A stretch of DNA of 64,000 nucleotides from Flavobacteriales bacterium UBA1694 (GTDB lineage Bacteria > Bacteroidota > Bacteroidia > Flavobacteriales > Weeksellaceae), in assembly GCA_002319955.1 (NCBI GenBank), contig DCJS01000033.1, forward strand, positions 34,582 through 98,581, in the 5' to 3' direction. How positions within the stretch are numbered: position 1 is the first letter of the stretch; each line of letters starts with the position of its first letter. The notes under the pieces were generated by a model. The model made no database searches and was not told the origin of the DNA. It saw only the letters and a list, made by a program, of their open reading frames with translations. The position numbers were made by a program, and so were the translations under genes. This document shows, one piece after another, positions 38,933 to 48,039 of this stretch.

Positions 38933-39688
38933 ATGAAGGTATTTTTAAGAAGCCTAGTGGCAGTTATTTTATGTGTAGCCTGGGGAGTCAACGCTCAAAG
39001 TAGTGGTTTTTTGGGTGTTAAAAATCAAGCAAAGGAAATCCCTTCAAAAGGGAATTCTGATTACGATAAAATTAACGACTCGGTACCCGAATTAATTCCT
39101 CGAAAGATCGAAGCAAATTTCGGGTATGTCAATCAAAGTGGCAAGGTGATTATCCCTGCGGTGTACAAAAATGTCGGGTTTTTCACCTCAGACTGCAAGC
39201 TTTTGAATTCGCCTGTTGAGGCGTTAAGAAAGTATGGCACAGAAGAATATGCCTCGGTAAGAACCCTAGAGGGTGCCGATTACCGGATCGATCGCAAAGG
39301 AAAGCGCGTGTACCGTTTTAAAGAATCCGACCTGGGAAAATGCCCATACGAGTATAAGGCCCAGAAGTACCATTCCTATGTTCGCAGTGGGTATTACGGT
39401 GTAATTGACCGTAATAAATTTGAGAATGAAATGGATTACCGCCAGTATTTAATCTATCCTCAGTATCAGTACCTCCATATCATGGAGGGGGACGATCTTG
39501 AGAACCCGATGATTATTGCGGCCCATAAGAATAAGTTTGGGGTAATTGACATTCATGGAAATACAGTCGTTCCTTTTCGGTATGGGGATATCAAACGAAA
39601 TTTCAGTTGGAAATTAGCGCGTCTATTCGAAGTGAGTTACGACGGAAAAGAGTATTTTTTCATCGATCAATTTAATAACCGGTATTAG
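38933..39688 (+). CDS. secreted WG-repeat (KWG-type) protein
   Basis: Signal peptide. Repeats of the type FGYVNQSGKVIIPAVY, YGVIDRNKF, FGVIDIHGNTVVPFRY. Confidence 0.65.
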   Translation: MKVFLRSLVAVILCVAWGVNAQSSGFLGVKNQAKEIPSKGNSDYDKINDSVPELIPRKIEANFGYVNQSGKVIIPAVYKNVGFFTSDCKLLNSPVEALRKYGTEEYASVRTLEGADYRIDRKGKRVYRFKESDLGKCPYEYKAQKYHSYVRSGYYGVIDRNKFENEMDYRQYLIYPQYQYLHIMEGDDLENPMIIAAHKNKFGVIDIHGNTVVPFRYGDIKRNFSWKLARLFEVSYDGKEYFFIDQFNNRY

Positions 39689-39689
39689 A

Positions 39690-40358
39690 ATGACCTGCCG
39701 AAGTGAGCATTTGTATTTGAAGCGCTATCCAATTAATCCTAAGTCGAAAAAATTAATAGTTGGAACAATACATCCCGCAGATTCAAAGCGGTTTTTAATT
39801 CCATTTTTCTACGGTAATCGTAATAGTCTGTGGACTATTTTACGCGATGCCTTTCCTAATGAATTTTTGACTTCTTCACCGCATCCAATTGAACTCACAG
39901 AAGTTTTGCGCTTTCTGAACAAGACTAAGATTTCCATGAGCGATACGATTGTAAGTTGCAAAAGACTAAGTGATTCAGCTCAAGATCGGGCTTTGAGCGA
40001 TTTGCATTTAAACACAGATTTAGTGGAGCAAATCCTCGATTCAGAAATTGACCAAGTGTTTTTTACGAGTGGGTTTGGAACGAATAGTGCGTTTCGATTA
40101 TTTTATCAGGGTATACTTAAAAAGCCTTTAACCTCGGCAATGAAGTCAAAGAGGGAATTCATCGATCAGGAAACATTCGGGCGACCCGTACGGTATAGCA
40201 TTTTATTCTCTCCATCTGGTAGTGCGATGCGCTCGATTGCTCGCAGTCAAGAGTATCTTAAATCAAGCGTTATGTATGCCGGGAGGGCTACCCCCATAAA
40301 AGATTTCCGTACCGATCAGTACCGTACAGCCTTCTCTTTTATCAATGAGCTGCAGTAG
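39690..40358 (+). CDS. hypothetical protein, possible divergent uracil-DNA glycosylase superfamily member (family-6/HDG-like pattern)
   Basis: LIVGTIHPADS...FFYGNRNSLW, then MSDTIVSCKRLSDSAQD and FSPSGSAMR. This echoes the GSFPS...FYYG..N.FW / DV..C.R.GS.D / PSTS pattern recalled for HDG-type enzymes. Starts 1 nt after the previous stop. Confidence 0.35.
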   Translation: MTCRSEHLYLKRYPINPKSKKLIVGTIHPADSKRFLIPFFYGNRNSLWTILRDAFPNEFLTSSPHPIELTEVLRFLNKTKISMSDTIVSCKRLSDSAQDRALSDLHLNTDLVEQILDSEIDQVFFTSGFGTNSAFRLFYQGILKKPLTSAMKSKREFIDQETFGRPVRYSILFSPSGSAMRSIARSQEYLKSSVMYAGRATPIKDFRTDQYRTAFSFINELQ

Positions 40359-40403
40359 GGAATTAGACTGATGCTATTTTTGTGAGAGTCCGATTTAAAT
40401 CCC

Positions 40404-40411
40404 TATATTTG
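40404..40411 (+). promoter_or_regulatory. Bacteroidota-type -7 promoter box
   Basis: Exact TAnnTTTG (TATATTTG) 6 nt before the first base of the riboswitch P1 helix. Confidence 0.5.
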
Positions 40412-40417
40412 CACTAG

Positions 40418-40504
40418 AAGTAAAGGGGTGCTACCCGTAAAGTGGCTGAGATTATACCCGATGAACCTGGAACAGATAATGCTGTTTAGGGAGCTGCTTA
40501 ACTT
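40418..40504 (+). promoter_or_regulatory. TPP (THI-box) riboswitch
   Basis: GGGGUGC...GGCUGAGA..UACCCG.UGAACCUG..ACAGAUAAUGCUGU..UAGGGA matches the thiM-type consensus element by element. P1 is aaguaaag / cuuaacuu. Confidence 0.88.
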
Positions 40505-40575
40505 ATAAATTGCAGTATTCACGTATACCATTTCGACCCCTTTTATTCTAATAAATTTTAATACAATTTAAAAGA

Positions 40576-42684
40576 ATGAAAGGATTGTTTTTTTTAGGGC
40601 TGTTCGTTAGCCCCCTTGCCTTTGGGCAAGAAGTCAAAGAGGATTCCCTCTCCCAATCGCTCATTGAGCGGATTCATTTCACTAAACGTTTGCCCGTTTC
40701 AAAAGAGATTCTGAGCATCGAAAAAGATCTAGACCACAAAAATTTAGGACAAGATTTGCCCGTGCTTTTGAAAAACCAGATTTCGGTGGTTTCCACCTCC
40801 GATGCTGGAAACGGCATCGGGTATACAGGCTTTCGAATTCGCGGTGTAGGGGGGAGCTCCATTAACGTGATGATGAATGGGGTGCCTTATAACGATTCGG
40901 AGTCGCAGGGGACCTTTTTTGTCAATGTACCGGATTTAACAAGTTCAGCCTCAGCGATTGTTATTCAGCGCGGCGTAGGGACTTCTACAAACGGCGTTTC
41001 TGCGTTTGGGGCCAGTGTTAATGTGATTTCTAAAGACCCGGCCCAGGAATTTTATATTAAATCAGACAACAGCTACGGCTCTTTTAACACCTATAAGTAC
41101 TCAGGTGAGGTGGGAAGTGGGCTGTTTTGGAACGATCAGCTCTCAGTCATGGCGCGCTACACGAAGATTCATTCCGACGGGTATATTGACCGAAGTTTTT
41201 CGGATTTGGATTCCTATAACCTTGCGGCGCGTTTCCATAGAGGAACCACATCGCTTCGCCTTTTAGCCTTCGGGGGAAAAGAGAAAACCTACCAAGCGTG
41301 GAATGGGATTGATAAAGCGACTTTGGAAAGAAACCCTAGGTTTAATTATTCTGGAGCCATTTACAATGCGGACTGGAGCGAAATTGTTGGTTTCTATCCA
41401 AACGAAACGGATAATTACCGCCAAAACCATTACCAGTTCTTGTGGGATGAACACCTTAGTGATGCCTGGAAACTTGAGACCACTTTGCATTATACGAAAG
41501 GCAAAGGGTATTACGAAAATTACAAGCAGCAAGAATCCTATGAAACTTACGGATTAGCGCCTGTAGGAGGCGAAATCACAGCCGATTTCATTCGTAAAAA
41601 ATGGCTAGATAATGACTTTTACGGCGTGGCCTCAAATCTCTATGGAAATTTAGAGGCATTGGATCTTCACTTCGGACTGGTCGCTAATCAGTATTACGGT
41701 CGCCATTACGGACAAGTAAGAGAGTCCCTCAAACCCGATTTACACGAGCACGAGTATTACAGAAACCGCTCGGTAAAGACCGAAGGAGCTGTTTTTGCAA
41801 AGGCCATTTTAAAGTTGGGCCGATTTGAAGCCTTTGGGGATTTGCAACTGCGCTCCATTCTGTACGATACCAAAATACTTCAACCGGGCGATGGGGAAGG
41901 CGCAAATTTAACAAAGCAGTGGAACTTCTTCAATCCAAAAGCTGGACTTAATTATAGGATTCCCAATGGAAAACTTTATCTCTCTTACGCCAAGGCAAGT
42001 CGAGAACCAAGTCGAGACGATTTATTCGCCAATCCGGAAGTAAAGAAAGAAACTCTGCACGATATAGAGCTTGGGTGGGAGTACGCGATTGGCTCCCAGT
42101 TTTTAGTAGCCGCCAACCTATATTACATGCATTATACGAACCAACTTGTGTTAAGTGGCCAGATTAATTCAATTGGAGAATTTATACGAACGAATTCAGG
42201 CAAATCTTACCGGCGAGGCCTCGAGGTATCGGCTCTAGCTCGGCTCTCAGAGCAGTGGGAAATTCGCTCGAACCTCACCTTAAGCTCAAATAGGAACAGT
42301 GACTTTAAAATGCATAACGATCAAACGGTGCTGAACCTTGGCGACACCCCGATTTCCTTTTCGCCAGAAATTCTAGCAAATCTCGCCCTAAGATACCGCC
42401 CTTGGAAGGCTCTATCTCTAGAGTTGCAAAACCAATTTGTGGGAAGCCAGTATTTAGACAATTCCAATTCTCAAGACCTTAAGACGGATTCCTACCTCCT
42501 TAGTGATTTCAATGTGCGGTATTTTGTGCCGATCAAACGAAATAGCTTAGAGCTTAAGCTTCTAGTGAATAATGTTTTCAATCAAAACTATGTAAACAAT
42601 GGGTATGTGTATGGCGAGGCGCCCTATTATTTTGCGCAGGCAGGCACGAATTTCATGTTTGGTGTGAGCTACGAATTTCATTAA
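40576..42684 (+). CDS. TonB-dependent outer-membrane receptor (probable thiamin/thiamin-precursor transporter)
   Basis: 702 aa. Signal peptide, plug domain (FRIRGVGGSSINVMMNGVPYND), beta-barrel ending in FGVSYEFH. Preceded by the TPP riboswitch. Confidence 0.9.
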   Translation: MKGLFFLGLFVSPLAFGQEVKEDSLSQSLIERIHFTKRLPVSKEILSIEKDLDHKNLGQDLPVLLKNQISVVSTSDAGNGIGYTGFRIRGVGGSSINVMMNGVPYNDSESQGTFFVNVPDLTSSASAIVIQRGVGTSTNGVSAFGASVNVISKDPAQEFYIKSDNSYGSFNTYKYSGEVGSGLFWNDQLSVMARYTKIHSDGYIDRSFSDLDSYNLAARFHRGTTSLRLLAFGGKEKTYQAWNGIDKATLERNPRFNYSGAIYNADWSEIVGFYPNETDNYRQNHYQFLWDEHLSDAWKLETTLHYTKGKGYYENYKQQESYETYGLAPVGGEITADFIRKKWLDNDFYGVASNLYGNLEALDLHFGLVANQYYGRHYGQVRESLKPDLHEHEYYRNRSVKTEGAVFAKAILKLGRFEAFGDLQLRSILYDTKILQPGDGEGANLTKQWNFFNPKAGLNYRIPNGKLYLSYAKASREPSRDDLFANPEVKKETLHDIELGWEYAIGSQFLVAANLYYMHYTNQLVLSGQINSIGEFIRTNSGKSYRRGLEVSALARLSEQWEIRSNLTLSSNRNSDFKMHNDQTVLNLGDTPISFSPEILANLALRYRPWKALSLELQNQFVGSQYLDNSNSQDLKTDSYLLSDFNVRYFVPIKRNSLELKLLVNNVFNQNYVNNGYVYGEAPYYFAQAGTNFMFGVSYEFH

Positions 42685-42700
42685 TAGACGACCCCTATGG

Positions 42701-42730
42701 AATCCAAAGCGTGAAGCGCTTTGGATTTTA
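42701..42730 (+). terminator. rho-independent terminator
   Basis: aatccaaagcg / cgctttggatt form an 11-bp stem with a 5-nt loop, then TT. Confidence 0.7.
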
Positions 42731-42766
42731 TGGTTGCGTATCATCCTGCAAGTCCATTAAAAATAG

Positions 42767-42774
42767 TAAATTTG
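42767..42774 (+). promoter_or_regulatory. Bacteroidota-type -7 promoter box
   Basis: Exact TAnnTTTG (TAAATTTG) 7 nt upstream of the ATG at 42782. Confidence 0.4.
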
Positions 42775-42781
42775 CGGCAGT

Positions 42782-43462
42782 ATGAAGCTTGAAACACTTA
42801 TTTTAGAGAAGCTAAAAACCTATCCAAAGGTAGAGATTAGCGGTTTTGGTACGTTTTATTTAAAAAATTCCGAAGCAAAAATTCTTGAAAAAACCACTCG
42901 GATTTTGCCCCCTGGCCAAGAGATCGCTCTTGAGTTTGATTACCAGTTAAGCGACCAAGGTTTTGCGCGCTATCTTGCGGGCAAAATGCGTTTGACTCAC
43001 GTGCAGGCCTTAGACCTTATTGCTACTCATTCAACGTATTGGAAGAACCAACTCAGCGAAGCTAAAGAATTGAGTCTTGAAGGATTAGGAGCTTTTTTTT
43101 CTGATGCGGGAGAGATTCTTTTCCATGGAGAGCGGCTTGAAATTTCAAGTCCGGATCAATTTGGGCTGGAGGCTATTGACCTTAAGGAACTGAAAGAAAA
43201 GAAGTCCGGGTCAAACCAACAGGCAACGGCGTATACCCTTCAGAAATCGGCGCCATGGGTTGTTTTATTACTCATCCCAGTGGCGGGTCTAATCGTTCTA
43301 GCGCTGACCGACAAAGAGCTTCTCTTTGGGAAGCGTTCTGTGTTTAGTCCCACCTCGAGTATTTCAAAGCCAAAGCCTCCAAAAGACTCGGTTTCAACTC
43401 CAAGTCCAAATTCTGTTAATTCAAAACCCCTGAGCACGCTCTCCAAAGGGAGCTCCAATTAA
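42782..43462 (+). CDS. membrane-anchored protein with two HU/IHF-like (CCDC81-type) N-terminal modules
   Basis: ISGFGTFYLK and LEGLGAFFSD repeats, one TM helix (WVVLLLIPVAGLIVLAL), Ser/Pro-rich tail. Confidence 0.45.
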   Translation: MKLETLILEKLKTYPKVEISGFGTFYLKNSEAKILEKTTRILPPGQEIALEFDYQLSDQGFARYLAGKMRLTHVQALDLIATHSTYWKNQLSEAKELSLEGLGAFFSDAGEILFHGERLEISSPDQFGLEAIDLKELKEKKSGSNQQATAYTLQKSAPWVVLLLIPVAGLIVLALTDKELLFGKRSVFSPTSSISKPKPPKDSVSTPSPNSVNSKPLSTLSKGSSN

Positions 43463-43479
43463 CTCCTTAATATTTCGCC

Positions 43480-43998
43480 ATGGTAAAAAGTAAAAAAGCA
43501 AGTGCGTCGTTTACAATTATGACCAACATTGTGTTGCCCAATGAAACCAATTCACTTCGAAATTTGTTTGGAGGCGAACTCCTCTCACGCATGGACCGCT
43601 GCGCCTCAATTTCGGCGAGCAGACACTGTGAGCGTCGCGTGGTGACGGCCTCTGTAAACCACGTCTCGTTTAATCATCCAATCCCAGAAGGAGGGATTGT
43701 GGTTCTCGAATCTAAAGTCTCTAGAGCGTTTTCAACCTCTATGGAAATTTATGTGGATGTGTGGCTTGATGACCCGATTAATCAAAAGAAAATCCATACT
43801 AATGAAGGTATTTATACGTTTGTTGCAGTGGACGAATATAATAAGCCGGTGCCAATTCCTCAGATGGAACCGGAGACGGATCTAGAAATTGCCCGCTACG
43901 ATGCGGCACTTCGACGTAAAGAACTTTCCCTTATCCTATCGGGCCGTATGAAAGCTCAGGATTCTGTGGAACTCAAAAAGCTGTTTGGTCAGCCCTAA
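43480..43998 (+). CDS. acyl-CoA thioesterase (hotdog fold, YciA-like)
   Basis: VLPNETNSLRNLFGGELLSRMD and VTASVNHVSFNHPI. Confidence 0.85.
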   Translation: MVKSKKASASFTIMTNIVLPNETNSLRNLFGGELLSRMDRCASISASRHCERRVVTASVNHVSFNHPIPEGGIVVLESKVSRAFSTSMEIYVDVWLDDPINQKKIHTNEGIYTFVAVDEYNKPVPIPQMEPETDLEIARYDAALRRKELSLILSGRMKAQDSVELKKLFGQP

Positions 43999-44003
43999 GC
44001 TTC

Positions 44004-44933
44004 ATGAAGGTTTTACAAATTGATTCAAACCATCCGCTGATCGAGCAGCAGCTTCGCGAAAAAGGTTTTGTGGTGGATGAGGATACGACTTCAAGCTCTG
44101 AGCAGATCCTAGCTAAGATTGCTGCGTATGACGCTTTAATAGTTCGGAGTCGAATTCCGCTTAATGCCGAGTTTTTGATGCGCGCTTCGCATCTCAAGTT
44201 TATTGCCCGCGTCGGGGCAGGTATGGAGAATATTGATACAGATAAAGCCCGAGAGCTAGGTATTAAACTCATAAACTCCCCAGAGGGGAATCGAGACGCC
44301 GTTGCAGAACATGTGATTGGTGCTCTACTCTTATTAGCCCACCGTTTAAAGAGCGCCTCTTTAGAGGTTGAGAAGGGTCTGTGGCGCCGAGAGCAAAACC
44401 GTGGTGATGAGCTGTTAGGCAAAACCTTTGGACTTATTGGCTACGGAAATATGGGTAAGGCAACAGCAAAGCGCCTAAGTGGTTTCGGAATGGAAGTGAT
44501 TTTCTATGATATTAAGCCAGGCCTTGAGGATCACAATGCAAAGCAGGTCTCATTAGAGACGCTCCAGGAGAAGGCCGACATCGTAAGTTTACACGTTCCT
44601 TTCACGCACGCCACTCATCATATGATTGACAAGGACTTCATCGCAAAGATGGCAAAGCCCTTTTATTTTATAAATACAGCTCGGGGGAAGGCTCTTAAAA
44701 CGAAAGATTTAGTTGAGGCGCTCGAGTCCGGAAAAGTACGCGCCGCCGCTTTAGATGTTATAGAACACGAAAAAGCCTCTTTTGAAACCCTTGATTCGAG
44801 TGACCCTTCACTAACGTATCTCGCTAGCTCTCCACGGGTTTTACTCACACCCCACATTGCAGGGTGGACCATCCAGAGCAAAGAAAAACTAGCGCAATTC
44901 ATAGTGGATAAAATACTTTCTGATTTTAGTTAA
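44004..44933 (+). CDS. D-isomer-specific 2-hydroxyacid dehydrogenase (PGDH-like)
   Basis: NAD fold GLIGYGNMGKATAKR. Catalytic region NTARG...DV...E...HIAG. Confidence 0.85.
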   Translation: MKVLQIDSNHPLIEQQLREKGFVVDEDTTSSSEQILAKIAAYDALIVRSRIPLNAEFLMRASHLKFIARVGAGMENIDTDKARELGIKLINSPEGNRDAVAEHVIGALLLLAHRLKSASLEVEKGLWRREQNRGDELLGKTFGLIGYGNMGKATAKRLSGFGMEVIFYDIKPGLEDHNAKQVSLETLQEKADIVSLHVPFTHATHHMIDKDFIAKMAKPFYFINTARGKALKTKDLVEALESGKVRAAALDVIEHEKASFETLDSSDPSLTYLASSPRVLLTPHIAGWTIQSKEKLAQFIVDKILSDFS

Positions 44934-45014
44934 CATTTCTTTATGATTTAAGTCCTACTTCATTTTCTTAAATTCTCTTATATTGCGCTCGATTTATGTT
45001 GAAAAGAGTAAGAA

Positions 45015-46274
45015 ATGAGAGTTTTTCAGAGTGTATTTTGGATTGTTTTGGTTGGCGCGATATTCCTTGGATGTAAAGAGAGCTCGACGCATAAAACATC
45101 CACTTCCACCACAGCACTTCCCAACTATGGCCAGGTCGATTTAGACCACGTTTTTGAAAAACGTGAGAGTGAAGTTCCAGAGCAAAAAATACTAGAGCAA
45201 ACCATTGACCAGTACTATAACCGTGTTTGGGAACGGGGCGATCTCTGGGGTGGATTTCTCGTTGCCAAGGGCGAGAATATTATTTACGAAAGTTACCGCG
45301 GGTTTTCGCAAGACCAAAATTCTGAGCCAATCGATAAGCATACGGCGCTGCATGTCGCCTCAGTGAGTAAACCCTTGACAGCAATGGCCGTTTTAAAGCT
45401 AGTCGAGGCCAAAAAAATCAGTTTAGATCAAGATCTTAAAACACTCTTTCCGAAGTTTCCCTATGAGGGAATTACCGTTGAGTTACTCTTAAGTCAGCGT
45501 AGTGGACTTCCAAAATACGAGTATGTTATTGAACGAATTAAGTCCGAGCCAATCGAGCTTTCTAAAAAGTTCTTGACCAATCAAGATGTTCTAAATCTTT
45601 TGATTCAGTACAAACCGCCACTCGCAAGAAACCCAGATACGGGCTTTATGTATTGCAATACCAATTATGCCATACTAGCGCTCATCGTAGAAAAGGTAAC
45701 CCAAACAAAATTTCCTCAAGCGATGAAAGAAATGGTGTTTGAACCCCTAAAAATGAAGGACACCTACATTTTTCAGGAAAAAGACACTCTTAGCGCTGCA
45801 AAATCGTTTTACGCACGGGGCCCTAGGGTTCACCCCTACGACCGTTTGGATCTGATTTATGGAGATAAAAATGTCTACACAACCCCGCGTGATTTACTCA
45901 ATTTTTCCAAAGCGATGTATGCCACCAACTTTTTGAGCAAAGACTTGATGAATCGGGTGTTTACACCTTATAGCAATGAAAGGCCTGGAATTAACAATTA
46001 TGGGTTTGGCTTTCGAATGAAAGTCTATGATCAGAGTAGCAAGCTTACCTACCACAACGGCTGGTGGCATGGGACAAACTCGGTATTTGCACATTTGCTT
46101 CAATCCAAGGTAACGATCATTGCCATTGGGAATAAATTCTCCCAACGCGTGTATACAGCGCTGGCTTTGTCCGCCTTGTTTGAGAATTTTCCCATTGAAG
46201 CAGAGAAATTGAAAGGGGATAGTCTAACCACGTCCACTGGGAAGAAAAGCGATCAACAAGGCTCTTCAGAGTGA
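45015..46274 (+). CDS. serine hydrolase (beta-lactamase/PBP4*-related family)
   Basis: Signal peptide with Cys (FLGC). SxxK motif (ASVSKPLT). YCN motif (YxN). Confidence 0.8.
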   Translation: MRVFQSVFWIVLVGAIFLGCKESSTHKTSTSTTALPNYGQVDLDHVFEKRESEVPEQKILEQTIDQYYNRVWERGDLWGGFLVAKGENIIYESYRGFSQDQNSEPIDKHTALHVASVSKPLTAMAVLKLVEAKKISLDQDLKTLFPKFPYEGITVELLLSQRSGLPKYEYVIERIKSEPIELSKKFLTNQDVLNLLIQYKPPLARNPDTGFMYCNTNYAILALIVEKVTQTKFPQAMKEMVFEPLKMKDTYIFQEKDTLSAAKSFYARGPRVHPYDRLDLIYGDKNVYTTPRDLLNFSKAMYATNFLSKDLMNRVFTPYSNERPGINNYGFGFRMKVYDQSSKLTYHNGWWHGTNSVFAHLLQSKVTIIAIGNKFSQRVYTALALSALFENFPIEAEKLKGDSLTTSTGKKSDQQGSSE

Positions 46275-46286
46275 GAAATAATTGAT

Positions 46287-46294
46287 TAAATTTG
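46287..46294 (+). promoter_or_regulatory. Bacteroidota-type -7 promoter box
   Basis: Exact TAnnTTTG (TAAATTTG) 14 nt upstream of the ATG at 46309. Confidence 0.45.
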
Positions 46295-46308
46295 CGCAAA
46301 GAAAACGA

Positions 46309-48039
46309 ATGAAGCACCTGATTCTCTTTTTTGGTTTACTACTCACCCTTGGATCTTGCGCTCGAGTGGGTACCCCCCTTGGAGGGGATAAGGATTCGCT
46401 AGCTCCTGTATTTCTTGGGTCGAATATTGATACCACCCGAATTAATATTCCAACAAGCTTGAAATCCTTGAGGCTTGATTTTGACGAATACATTACCTTA
46501 AAAGATGTACAGCGGAATCTTACCATTTCGCCTCCTCTAAAGGTGAAGAAAATCCTGCCCTCGATGCTCGGCAATAAGTATGTACTAATCGAATGGGACG
46601 AGGCGCTGCTCGAAAACACCACCTACAATTTAAATTTCGGAAATGCCATTGCAGACTTAAATGAGAATAATGTTCTGTCGTATTTTAATTTTGCATTTTC
46701 GACAGGAGACTATTTAGACGAGACCTATATTAGTGGAACCCTAAGGGATGGAATGCTTCGAGTAAGGGGGGAAGATGAGCTATTGCCTGAGAAGAAAGTG
46801 GATTACGTCATAGGATTATACCAGGAAAAAGATACAATCGATTACCGCACAAAACCTTATTACATTACGAAGGCAGATCCGGATGGCTATTACGAATTAA
46901 ATTACTTAACGCCAGGAAGCTACAGAATTCTTGCCTTCGAGGACGAGAATCAGAATTCAGTCTTTGATCAAGGGATTGAGAAAGTAGGGTTTCTCAAGGA
47001 GCCCATTGTCTTAGAACAAAGTATATCAGGCCTCCCAATAGCCCTCTATCCGAGCAAAAAGCAGGTGAAGTATCTTGAGTCAAAAGAAACACCTGGCGGG
47101 TTCACCCTTTATTTTGAAGGCCAATCTGAATCTGTAGAGGTGACTCTAGGGGATCAGATTAAAGACTATAAAGTGACCTATAAGCCTTATTCAGATTCAC
47201 TTCATGTCTGGTTTGATGCGCGTAAGGAAGAAATTGGGATCACGCAAAGTGAAAACCTTAAGATTGGCTATCAAGCGCAGGATAAATCAGGGGAAGCCTC
47301 ACTGTTCTACCGACTTAATGCGCAAAATGATATGACACTTACCAATGCCAAGTCTAATGTCATCGCCCCTAATTCTGCCTTTGAGATTCTTTCCAATTAC
47401 CCAATAGATACTATTTCGACCCAGAATTGGAGTTTGAAAATTGATAGTTTAACCAGTCTGGAGTTTAAAGCTGCACTTGATAAAGCGGAGCCCAAAAAGC
47501 TTCGTATAGAAGCTGATTTTGAAAGTGGAAAGAAATATGCTTTAACGATTCCAAAAGCAACGGTACACTCTTATTACACCGCGAATGAAAAATCTTATCA
47601 ATTTAATTTTGAAATTGATAAAGTAGAAAACTTTGGAACCTTAGAGCTTGATTTGGTAGGGGCGCCTGAGGGTCCATTTTGGATTCAGTTCTTAGACCAA
47701 AGCGAGAGCGTGAAATTTCAGCGCCTGACTCAGGGAACACAACACCGATTTACCGAAATTCCACCGGCGACCTATCAGCTTCGAATTCTTGTTGACCAAA
47801 ATCAGAATGGCATTTGGGACGCGGCTGATTTCAGTGCGTTGCAGTTTGCAGAACCCGTTTATGTTTTCCCTAAACTAATTGAAATTAGAGGTTTATGGGA
47901 AAATAGAGAACATTGGAATTTAGAGACTGGTTCTACAGAAACGCCAAGGCTAGAGACTCCTTCCCAGGTTGAGCCGATTGTATCGGATTCCCTTAACGTT
48001 CCCCAAAATCAGGGCGACCAAGAGCCCCGCCCCCTATGA
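46309..48039 (+). CDS. Ig-like-domain lipoprotein
   Basis: ATG at 46309 gives MKHLILFFGLLLTLGSC (lipobox); the ORF-track start at 46282 is a TTG. Beta-rich body. Confidence 0.6.
   Translation: MKHLILFFGLLLTLGSCARVGTPLGGDKDSLAPVFLGSNIDTTRINIPTSLKSLRLDFDEYITLKDVQRNLTISPPLKVKKILPSMLGNKYVLIEWDEALLENTTYNLNFGNAIADLNENNVLSYFNFAFSTGDYLDETYISGTLRDGMLRVRGEDELLPEKKVDYVIGLYQEKDTIDYRTKPYYITKADPDGYYELNYLTPGSYRILAFEDENQNSVFDQGIEKVGFLKEPIVLEQSISGLPIALYPSKKQVKYLESKETPGGFTLYFEGQSESVEVTLGDQIKDYKVTYKPYSDSLHVWFDARKEEIGITQSENLKIGYQAQDKSGEASLFYRLNAQNDMTLTNAKSNVIAPNSAFEILSNYPIDTISTQNWSLKIDSLTSLEFKAALDKAEPKKLRIEADFESGKKYALTIPKATVHSYYTANEKSYQFNFEIDKVENFGTLELDLVGAPEGPFWIQFLDQSESVKFQRLTQGTQHRFTEIPPATYQLRILVDQNQNGIWDAADFSALQFAEPVYVFPKLIEIRGLWENREHWNLETGSTETPRLETPSQVEPIVSDSLNVPQNQGDQEPRPL

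Noticed and set aside
43973-44422. 149-aa ORF on the minus strand
   Set aside because: Antisense to the 2-hydroxyacid dehydrogenase gene. Arg/Ser-rich shadow frame.
45015-46274. Beta-lactamase-family protein as an antibiotic-resistance determinant
   Set aside because: Only the generic SxxK/YxN serine-hydrolase signature is visible, and the context is housekeeping. The family is mostly esterases and peptidases, so no resistance claim can be supported from sequence alone.
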